DNA of 36,273 nucleotides, taken from a virus. Taxonomy: Duplodnaviria; Caudoviricetes. The DNA lies in IMG/VR virus record IMGVR_UViG_3300030392_000144, positions 1 to 36,273 of that record, one strand, 5' to 3'. Made by a program: the position numbers and the translations under genes. The notes beneath the pieces were generated by a model that searched no databases, was not told where the DNA came from, and saw only the letters and a list, made by a program, of their open reading frames with translations. Below, in pieces: positions 18,446-25,846 of this stretch (positions within the stretch are counted from its first letter, which is position 1; every line of letters starts with the position of its first letter).

Positions 18446-19791
18446 TATCTTCCCGGGCTCCTATTGTATTTTAAAAGACCACCTAACTGGTAAGCCATTG
18501 GTTGTTGTTGAACTGTACCACCCATATTATATGGTAAAGGTTTAGATACTCCCATCATACCACCCATTTGTCTACCTTGATATTGTTCAGGAAACATAGA
18601 CATAGCACTTTCATTTCCAGCACCCTGAAGATATTGTTGTATACCTTCTTTTGGAATACTTGAAAAAAATTCATCTCCTTGATATGTTCCTTCAGGAATT
18701 AATTTTTGCAATCCTCGTGGTAGTTCAGTTGCACTTAATTCTCCTAATGGTTCTCCTGTAAATGGATTCATCATAGGTTCTAATTGTTGTCCAAATGGAG
18801 TATTAGAAGGGTCTTGTTGTCTAAAAAAATCTTGTCCTTTTGAATAATCTTGCATAGATGATAATATGTCTTTTGATTGTCCAGTTAATCCTAAAAGACC
18901 TTGCATATTTACTTCATCCATTTCTCTAGAGCCTCTTAAATCTGCTCTTTCAGCGGCTTTACCCATAATTCTTTCTTTATTAAAATCAGCAGTACGAAAA
19001 GCCTGCATTAGTTCATTATATTTTGGACTGTCCAACATACCAAGTGGAGCGGCTCCCTGTTTACTTGCCGTTTCAAATACATCATCTCCCATTACTTGAG
19101 ATTGTAATGTATCTTCTAAAGATTGTGGGCCAAAAACTTCACCTCCTGATTGATAAGATGGTACATATCCACCTTTTTGGAAAGCATATCCACCTTTTTG
19201 AAATTGAGTTAATGGATTACCAGTTGATTGAAAATAATCATCAGCTCCTGCTATATCTGCAACTGGCATATCTTCACCAAATAATTTAGTATCAGTTGGA
19301 GGTCTTAAATTAATACCAGTTTTAGACATTAATAATTTACCAGCTTCAGATTTTAATTGGTCTCCAGCAACTCCAGCTAATCCAGCTTTTATTTGAGCTG
19401 CCCCAGCTCCTAAAGCTTGTCCTTGCATTTGTTTATCAAGACCAGATTCAGATTTTATTAAATCTTCATAAGCCCTAGTTCCTAATCCTGTACTACCCAT
19501 CCCTATTTCTGGCCCTGAACCAGATAACATTTTTGAACTACCTAATGCACTACCAAGTGTAGAAGCAATTGCTTTACCAACCATAACTCCTCCGGGCCCA
19601 AGTACAGGAGTAAGTAATGTTCCAGCAGCTAAACCAGCTCCTTTCCCCAAGATGTTACCCAAAAGACTTCTTTTAGATTGATATTTTTTAAGTTCTTTTT
19701 CTTTTCTTGCTAAATCTCTTTGTGCTATTCCCCTGTCTCTTTGTAGACCAGTTCCAAATGCAGCTTGTGAAAATCCCGGTACGTATCCCAT
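18445..19791 (-). CDS. Putative ejection/pilot protein with glycine-zipper membrane segment
   Basis: LLGNILGKGAGLAAGTLLTPVLGPGGVMVGKAIASTLGSALG; six Phi-(Q/N)-x-GG-like motifs. Confidence 0.6.
   Translation of the reverse strand: MGYVPGFSQAAFGTGLQRDRGIAQRDLARKEKELKKYQSKRSLLGNILGKGAGLAAGTLLTPVLGPGGVMVGKAIASTLGSALGSSKMLSGSGPEIGMGSTGLGTRAYEDLIKSESGLDKQMQGQALGAGAAQIKAGLAGVAGDQLKSEAGKLLMSKTGINLRPPTDTKLFGEDMPVADIAGADDYFQSTGNPLTQFQKGGYAFQKGGYVPSYQSGGEVFGPQSLEDTLQSQVMGDDVFETASKQGAAPLGMLDSPKYNELMQAFRTADFNKERIMGKAAERADLRGSREMDEVNMQGLLGLTGQSKDILSSMQDYSKGQDFFRQQDPSNTPFGQQLEPMMNPFTGEPLGELSATELPRGLQKLIPEGTYQGDEFFSSIPKEGIQQYLQGAGNESAMSMFPEQYQGRQMGGMMGVSKPLPYNMGGTVQQQPMAYQLGGLLKYNRSPGR
19164..19205. repeat. 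21-bp tandem duplication encoding FQKGGY twice
   Basis: CATATCCACCTTTTTG at 19164 and 19185. Confidence 0.85.
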
Positions 19792-19872
19792 AATTATAAT
19801 TCCTTGTTGAACGCAACTATACTATATTGCGAGTTTAATATAAAGCTAGCATTATTTAAATACCAGTTATTT

Positions 19873-20628
19873 TTAATCCATTCCATAATAATCTATAAAT
19901 ATTATTAATGTTCCTGATGTAGAGTCAGTTGTTCCATTACTTGATTCAGCATTACATACATATACATACTGGTCAGAAGCTCCATTTCTTATGGTATCTC
20001 TACAAAGCCATACTTCTTTAGGGTCATTTTTTAAATCAATATCAGCAGAAGTTGCACTATCAGTAGAATCTGTATTAGCTACTCCCCTACCTAATAACTC
20101 TGTACCTGATGATATTGATGAATCAGCCGCAGTCCCAGAAGTAGCCGACATTTGAATATTAACAACATGAGTTGATAAGTTACTTGCAGTTTTAACTACA
20201 GCGGCTACATTAGTTATGATAGCATTTGCAGGTATTTTTACATTAGGTAATTCTACAATTACAGAATTATCTGAACTGTGAGCAAACCTTATGTCTTGTT
20301 CGACTGCTATCTTATGGTATCCTTGTGCAATTGATAATGATGCTTCTGGTCTATTAGTTTTAATTCCTAATGAACCATTTACATTTAAAATCTTATTAAT
20401 TTTACCAGAACCTCTTACTTCAAGATTTGTATCTACATATTGACTACCATCTTTTGTTAAATATGTTTTCCACAATCTACCCTTATGTTTTTTAAACATA
20501 GCTAATTGTTTATTATTACTTAAAACAAAATTAGTAGAACCCTCTGGAATACTTCTAGATACAGAACCATCTGTATTTATAGATGGAGCAGTTGAGTTCA
20601 TTATTTTTCTTATATCTCTATCTGACAT
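19873..20628 (-). CDS. Putative virion (tail-associated) protein
   Basis: Coupled to the nozzle gene; NGSLGIKTNRP fibre-like motif; beta-rich C-terminus. Confidence 0.55.
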   Translation of the reverse strand: MSDRDIRKIMNSTAPSINTDGSVSRSIPEGSTNFVLSNNKQLAMFKKHKGRLWKTYLTKDGSQYVDTNLEVRGSGKINKILNVNGSLGIKTNRPEASLSIAQGYHKIAVEQDIRFAHSSDNSVIVELPNVKIPANAIITNVAAVVKTASNLSTHVVNIQMSATSGTAADSSISSGTELLGRGVANTDSTDSATSADIDLKNDPKEVWLCRDTIRNGASDQYVYVCNAESSNGTTDSTSGTLIIFIDYYGMD

Positions 20629-23339
20629 TAGGCTGCTTTCTTATTTAGTATTCTATATTCAACTACAATATCATTAATAGCAAATTTTGAATCTTCAGCG
20701 AGAGCATCAAAATTAAATCTAAAAGCAATACTTTGACACGATACTGGAGTAGCTGATGGTTTTAATTTTATAGTACTGTAATTATAATTTGATGAGTGAG
20801 TCTGTGGAATAGTATCACTTGAATGATTAAACGCTACCCATGTTCCACTATTATTTGTCATGTATTCAACTTCAGAATCATTTATAGCTGTACTTCCACT
20901 ATGTCTATAGTTAATATATATAGAATATACTTTTTTAGTTTTACCCGCTTCATTAAAATCTAAGTCTGGAGTTTGTAATAGATATGATGTATGAGCTTGT
21001 TCTGATGTTTTATGAGATGTCACTACTACTTTATTAGTACCAGCGTCACCTAAGTTTGTACTTTGAGTATCATAAGCAATTAATAATTTTCCACTACTGT
21101 CATTAACCATGTTACTAATATTTGGAGTAAATGAACTTCCATTTGTAACTCCACTATTACTTTTATTTGGAGCTGCGTTTGTACCATAGTACCAAGATTT
21201 ATATCTAAAATCATAATAAAAAGCGTGTGAAGAACTACTTGGTCTATCAATAAATATTGCTTGTTTTAAATCAGGAATATAACCAACTACTATTGAATTA
21301 ACTGATGAAAACGAACTCCAATTCACAGAAGAATAACTTGTAGAACCATCATCAGCTATTTTATTATCTGTAATATTAGTTACAGTAGAACCATCATATA
21401 AATACGCTCCATTTTTATTAGCCCACACTATTCCGTATTCTGTATTACATACTGAATATGGATAAAAAGTACCAGCGTAGGGTACTGTTTTTTCAAGAAA
21501 CCATCCAGAGGCTGATGGAGATGCTATATTTAATATTTGTAATGTCCTTTGTTTAAAAGCTAATAATCTATCTCCATAAAAAGAAAGATTAACATAGTCT
21601 TCACCATCTCCTTTTGCAACATCAATAAAGTTATGAGATGGGAATGTATCAAATTTTCCTATTTCACTATACATTATTCTATCACCAAAATGTGAAAAAT
21701 CATTAGATTGAGATTCTAATCCTATATTGTTTTCATCATACTTAACATTAGCTACAAAAGCCCTACGACCAGCTACTACAGCAGTTTTATAACCAGAGTT
21801 TTGTTGACCAAATGCTATTTGTTTTGTAGATGGGGGAAATCCATTAAGAGTTTCATATGTATCTAAATTAGGTTTTGATGATTTTAAAATAAAATAAGCA
21901 CTTCCTCTATTTCCTACTGTATCTGTATTATTAACCCTATATTCGCCAGTTCCGTCTAATCTCCATTGAAAATATTCATCTTCTAAAGTAGTTCTTGCTC
22001 CATCTTTTATATCTATATCAGCAAATAATACCCATTCATCATTGCTTAAATGTTCACGAATATATATTCTACCACCACTAACTCTTCTTGGATATTCATT
22101 ATTACTATCTCTTTGAGCATACACACTAAAAACTAATTTTTTACCTTCAGTTGCATCAAATGTAGTTGTTGCAATATTATCATCATCAGTAAAAGACATT
22201 AATAAAGATTCTTGATTTCCATCATATATAAATGTACAAGCAAATTCATATGTTTTTTCTTCCCAATCTCCTTTATCTCCACCACTTATAACAGATAGTC
22301 CCCACCCAGCTCCCTTAGTTGGAAATTCTGCTGAACCATCTGGAGTAGCTGCAAAAACTGCACTTGTAGGAGCCGCTAAATCATTATTTTCTTCATATAA
22401 AGAAGATGGTATAGTTCTACCCATTATTGTTGAACTAGTAATAAGAACATCTCTTTCTATATGACCATACCATTTAGGAGTAGCTTCATTTTTATGATTA
22501 CCATCAGCAACTCTTAACGCTCCATCAGAATAATAATAAACAAATTCAGATACCTCACCTGAATCTGCTGCATTTAATAAACTTATTTTATCTGTTGAAA
22601 TAGCATTGTCACTATCTATAAATACATCAACTTTTCCATCATCTGTATTTCCAACTGCTAATAAAAAATCACCAACAAATCCTAATCTTTTAATAGAAAC
22701 TATTCTATCATTAACTACATTTTCAGCAGTTAATGTAGTTTCTTTTAAATTCAAAAATGTTGATACCATAGCTCCGTCCATTGTGTGACTATTAGAACTT
22801 TCAACAGTTATTTGAGCGTCATTAAGAGCTGATGTAACACTTGTAACAGTAAAAACACCATTATTAGATGATTCTTCAGCACCAGATATAATAATTTTTA
22901 CTGGTAAATCACTAGCAGAAACTCCCGGAATAACATTATTAGCAGTCCAAAAATTATCATCATTAACAAATATTTTATTACTATCAAAAAAACATAATGT
23001 ATATTCACTATTACCATCGGGGCCTTGACCAATATCACCAGTACTACCATTTGCTCTAATACTAGCCCCTCTTACACCTATAGGGTCATCAGCTTCAAAA
23101 TAAAATAATCCATAACCGGGATTTAAAGACGCTGTAAAATTATCTACATAATTAGTTCCAATTCGATAAGCGTCATTATCATTTTCAGTATTCCATTCAG
23201 AACGTGGTACTAACTCTCCATTTTTAGATACATTCCAATTTCTACAATCAGCCATTTCTCCAATAGATAAGTCTCTAGGATTCTTAACATTGTTAATTCC
23301 TCTACCGAAATTATTAATACTTAAAAATTGTTTTGGCAT
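20628..23339 (-). CDS. Tail nozzle / tail tubular B-like protein (P22 gp10 / T7 gp12 role)
   Basis: 903 aa; N-terminal NFGRGINNVKNPRDL; beta-propeller-like body; C-terminal QTPDLDF...KKVYSI. Confidence 0.65.
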   Translation of the reverse strand: MPKQFLSINNFGRGINNVKNPRDLSIGEMADCRNWNVSKNGELVPRSEWNTENDNDAYRIGTNYVDNFTASLNPGYGLFYFEADDPIGVRGASIRANGSTGDIGQGPDGNSEYTLCFFDSNKIFVNDDNFWTANNVIPGVSASDLPVKIIISGAEESSNNGVFTVTSVTSALNDAQITVESSNSHTMDGAMVSTFLNLKETTLTAENVVNDRIVSIKRLGFVGDFLLAVGNTDDGKVDVFIDSDNAISTDKISLLNAADSGEVSEFVYYYSDGALRVADGNHKNEATPKWYGHIERDVLITSSTIMGRTIPSSLYEENNDLAAPTSAVFAATPDGSAEFPTKGAGWGLSVISGGDKGDWEEKTYEFACTFIYDGNQESLLMSFTDDDNIATTTFDATEGKKLVFSVYAQRDSNNEYPRRVSGGRIYIREHLSNDEWVLFADIDIKDGARTTLEDEYFQWRLDGTGEYRVNNTDTVGNRGSAYFILKSSKPNLDTYETLNGFPPSTKQIAFGQQNSGYKTAVVAGRRAFVANVKYDENNIGLESQSNDFSHFGDRIMYSEIGKFDTFPSHNFIDVAKGDGEDYVNLSFYGDRLLAFKQRTLQILNIASPSASGWFLEKTVPYAGTFYPYSVCNTEYGIVWANKNGAYLYDGSTVTNITDNKIADDGSTSYSSVNWSSFSSVNSIVVGYIPDLKQAIFIDRPSSSSHAFYYDFRYKSWYYGTNAAPNKSNSGVTNGSSFTPNISNMVNDSSGKLLIAYDTQSTNLGDAGTNKVVVTSHKTSEQAHTSYLLQTPDLDFNEAGKTKKVYSIYINYRHSGSTAINDSEVEYMTNNSGTWVAFNHSSDTIPQTHSSNYNYSTIKLKPSATPVSCQSIAFRFNFDALAEDSKFAINDIVVEYRILNKKAA

Positions 23340-23737
23340 TAGTCTAATAACTCAAAGTGAACTAGGTCATCAAAATTATTATCTTTGGTTGTGCGCTGTC
23401 CTTTAAATAAAGAACTAGCGTTCCAGTCGCCACCCCAACGTATTTTAACACCCATAGAAGTAGCCGTAGCGAGTACAAAACCACCGAGGTAGTGGAAGTC
23501 ATCCCTTGCGTCCCAATCTATCGGATACGGGGAAATATCAACAGCTTTACCTTTTACGTGCTTTCCAAATTTTGTTTTACTTTTACCTTGAGCAACTAAT
23601 TCATTTTGTCTTTTTTGTGAACGTAATCCCTCTATAACAGTAATATCAAAATATTTACATACTTCATTAAGAACATTGACCAGTTTAGGGTCAACTCCTT
23701 TTAATCTACTTTTACTTCTTCTTCCTAATTTTGGCAT
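23339..23737 (-). CDS. Endolysin, peptidase M15 family (T5-like L-Ala-D-Glu peptidase)
   Basis: EGLRSQKRQ, GKH..GKAVD, IRWGGDW, DLVHFEL (H/D/H Zn ligands). Confidence 0.9.
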   Translation of the reverse strand: MPKLGRRSKSRLKGVDPKLVNVLNEVCKYFDITVIEGLRSQKRQNELVAQGKSKTKFGKHVKGKAVDISPYPIDWDARDDFHYLGGFVLATATSMGVKIRWGGDWNASSLFKGQRTTKDNNFDDLVHFELLD

Positions 23738-23738
23738 T

Positions 23739-23894
23739 TTAAAACCTCTTTAGTACTTTTTTTATTTCAACAAGCATTTTATCATCTTCTTTAGATGGAG
23801 TTAACTTTACTATAATGCTTACTACTTTTAATATAAAAGCTTTAACACCCATTTTTTTAACTTGTCGTTTGATATAACTTGATAACATACTCAT
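23739..23894 (-). CDS. 51-aa holin-like protein (not in ORF track)
   Basis: MSMLSSYIKRQVKKMGVKAFILKVVSIIVKLTPSKEDDKMLVEIKKVLKRF; TAATG-coupled; directly before the endolysin. Confidence 0.65.
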   Translation of the reverse strand: MSMLSSYIKRQVKKMGVKAFILKVVSIIVKLTPSKEDDKMLVEIKKVLKRF

Positions 23895-24046
23895 TATTTA
23901 GATTCCTTTTTTAACATTTTTGTTAGACCTTGAAATACAACATCAACTAAGATGTCATCTTTATCTGATGGAGACAACTTGACTATTTTTTCTAAACAGA
24001 AAAAAATTACAAGAACTGTTTCCCAATTTGCACTTAACCATTCCAT
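23894..24046 (-). CDS. 50-aa holin-like protein (not in ORF track)
   Basis: GGAG RBS; MEWLSANWETVLVIFFCLEKIVKLSPSDKDDILVDVVFQGLTKMLKKESK. Confidence 0.7.
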   Translation of the reverse strand: MEWLSANWETVLVIFFCLEKIVKLSPSDKDDILVDVVFQGLTKMLKKESK

Positions 24047-24249
24047 TGCATACTCCATGTTATTATTGTGGTTAAAATAGCCATTCCACCAAGCGTATAA
24101 TTACGCCAGTTTTCTAATGACCTTGTTCTATTATTAGCAAGTTTTAATTGCTCTTTAATATCGGGTAATTCCCTATTAAGAATAGTTTCTATTCTTGTAA
24201 GCCTTTCTTTAATATCACCTCTATAATCGTCTATGTTATCATAATCCAT
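24034..24249 (-). CDS. Coiled-coil protein with C-terminal TM helix (XhlA/holin-like)
   Basis: ERLTRIE...RTRSLENWRNYTLGGMAILTTII; inside the lysis cassette. Confidence 0.6.
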   Translation of the reverse strand: MDYDNIDDYRGDIKERLTRIETILNRELPDIKEQLKLANNRTRSLENWRNYTLGGMAILTTIITWSMQWNG

Positions 24250-24569
24250 TATTTACTATTTCCATTCATACGACTCATTATTCCATCCATTCTTGATAAT
24301 TGTTTTTCTAAATCTGACATAGCTTCTATTTGAGCTTCATAACGTCTATCTCTAACAGAATCTGATTCATTCCATCTAGCGATAAGTTTAATAATCATAC
24401 CTTCCATATTTTCAATAGTCTCACTTTGACCTCTATTTTCTACTTCAAGATTTCTTAGTGACTCTTGTTGCGCTTCTGATTTCTTTGACATAGATATAAC
24501 AAGGTAAACAAACATAACCCCTACTACGCCTATCATTCCAGCTTCCCCGTATATTGCCATAAAGTCCAT
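24249..24569 (-). CDS. N-terminal TM plus coiled-coil protein (holin-like)
   Basis: GMIGVVGVMFVYLVI; ATG at 24569 overlaps the upstream TAA and is preferred over the track start 24593. Confidence 0.6.
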   Translation of the reverse strand: MDFMAIYGEAGMIGVVGVMFVYLVISMSKKSEAQQESLRNLEVENRGQSETIENMEGMIIKLIARWNESDSVRDRRYEAQIEAMSDLEKQLSRMDGIMSRMNGNSK

Positions 24570-24880
24570 TATTTCTTTTTCCGCTTTCCCCAACTTAATG
24601 GGTTAATGTTTTTCTCATACCAAGCTACTTTTTCTGCCAACTCTTCTCGCTCAACCCTTTCTTCCAAGATGTGTTTATCAAGTAAATTCCCAATGTTTTC
24701 ATCAGCAACAATAATTTTATTTTCAAGGTCTCGAATCCTTGATTCAATTTGCCAATAACCATATACCAACGCTCCAACCAATACACAGATTTGTAAAGCC
24801 CACTTAAAGTTAATAGTGATAGCCATGGAATCTCCAATGACTTCTCCTTTATAACTCCTTGCTCCGTTGTTTTCACTCAC
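24569..24880 (-). CDS. Membrane-anchored coiled-coil protein
   Basis: WALQICVLVGALVYGYW TM helix followed by heptads; GTG start. Confidence 0.6.
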   Translation of the reverse strand: MSENNGARSYKGEVIGDSMAITINFKWALQICVLVGALVYGYWQIESRIRDLENKIIVADENIGNLLDKHILEERVEREELAEKVAWYEKNINPLSWGKRKKK

Positions 24881-24966
24881 TTAATTTCCCAACCAACAAC
24901 ACTACTAATCAATATAGGTATAATAAACAGATATATTGTAACTTGTTGTAGTATTTTTATTATTCA

Positions 24967-25173
24967 TTATTTAGAACCAAAGACCTTAGAAAAAAATCCT
25001 TTCTTTTTCTTAGAACCTTTCTTAATAATTTTCTTACCTTTTTTCTTTTTCTTTTTAACATCTTCAGCGTTAGCAAATTGCTCATAAGTTACAACTGGTT
25101 TACTATTATTTGAATCTGTACCAGTTACAGCAATTAAAACTAGAGAGGTTAATAAAGTTAATATACTTTTCAT
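24967..25173 (-). CDS. Small protein with signal peptide and poly-Lys tail
   Basis: MKSILTLLTSLVLIAV; KKKKKKGKKIIKKGSKKKKGFFSKVFG. Confidence 0.6.
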   Translation of the reverse strand: MKSILTLLTSLVLIAVTGTDSNNSKPVVTYEQFANAEDVKKKKKKGKKIIKKGSKKKKGFFSKVFGSK

Positions 25174-25174
25174 T

Positions 25175-25624
25175 TTACACCTTTATATGTTTGGATACTT
25201 CTTTAGTACCACTTAGTTGAGGAACTATTCTTGTTAATAATTCCGATTTAGTTTCACTAGAACCATATGAGATTCCACGTTTATCATAAAAATCTTTTAT
25301 TTCTGCTTTAGTATTTGTATTAGTAGGATAATCTACTTGTGTAGTAGCAACACCATTTATCATATGATGTTTTCCTATTATTATTCTACCATGACCATCA
25401 CTATGTTTCTTTGCACATTCATTAACATAATACTCTTCAGCAACTTTAAAACTATTTGTTTTCTTAGCTACTTCGCCATCTACGTCTACAAAGTATGTAT
25501 ATGCAGAAGGATAAGCCAAGGTTTCCGTTGTTCCATCAGTATATGTTTTTACTCGGGTTGAACCCGGTGAAGTATTTCTATGGACTCTTACTCGATGACC
25601 TTGGCTACACCTTCTTACAATCAT
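25175..25624 (-). CDS. Hypothetical protein with C-terminal HeH/SAP-like motif
   Basis: TKAEIKDFYDKRGISYGSSETKSELLTRI. Confidence 0.6.
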   Translation of the reverse strand: MIVRRCSQGHRVRVHRNTSPGSTRVKTYTDGTTETLAYPSAYTYFVDVDGEVAKKTNSFKVAEEYYVNECAKKHSDGHGRIIIGKHHMINGVATTQVDYPTNTNTKAEIKDFYDKRGISYGSSETKSELLTRIVPQLSGTKEVSKHIKV

Positions 25625-25821
25625 TCTACTACTTCACCTTCTAAGGATTGACGAAGCATATGCACCTGACCTTGCTTCCATCTTTCTAATCGGTTTATTT
25701 GTACTTGATAATTGTTTACATCATCAAGTATTTGTTTTTGATAATCAGTCATATCTTTAATAATATATTCTTTATCGTCAAGATTCAAGACTGGATTTGG
25801 TTCGATGTCCTTCTTAGCCAT
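25621..25821 (-). CDS. Small protein after the tail fibre (possible fibre accessory)
   Basis: AAGGAG RBS; LNLDDKEYIIKDMTD followed by a short coiled coil. Confidence 0.6.
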   Translation of the reverse strand: MAKKDIEPNPVLNLDDKEYIIKDMTDYQKQILDDVNNYQVQINRLERWKQGQVHMLRQSLEGEVVE

Positions 25822-25846
25822 TATTGACTCCTTACTTGTTAGTTAA

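Noticed and set aside
24625-24876. Nested ORF within 24569-24880 as an Rz1-like o-spanin
   Set aside because: Contains no Cys, so it has no lipobox.
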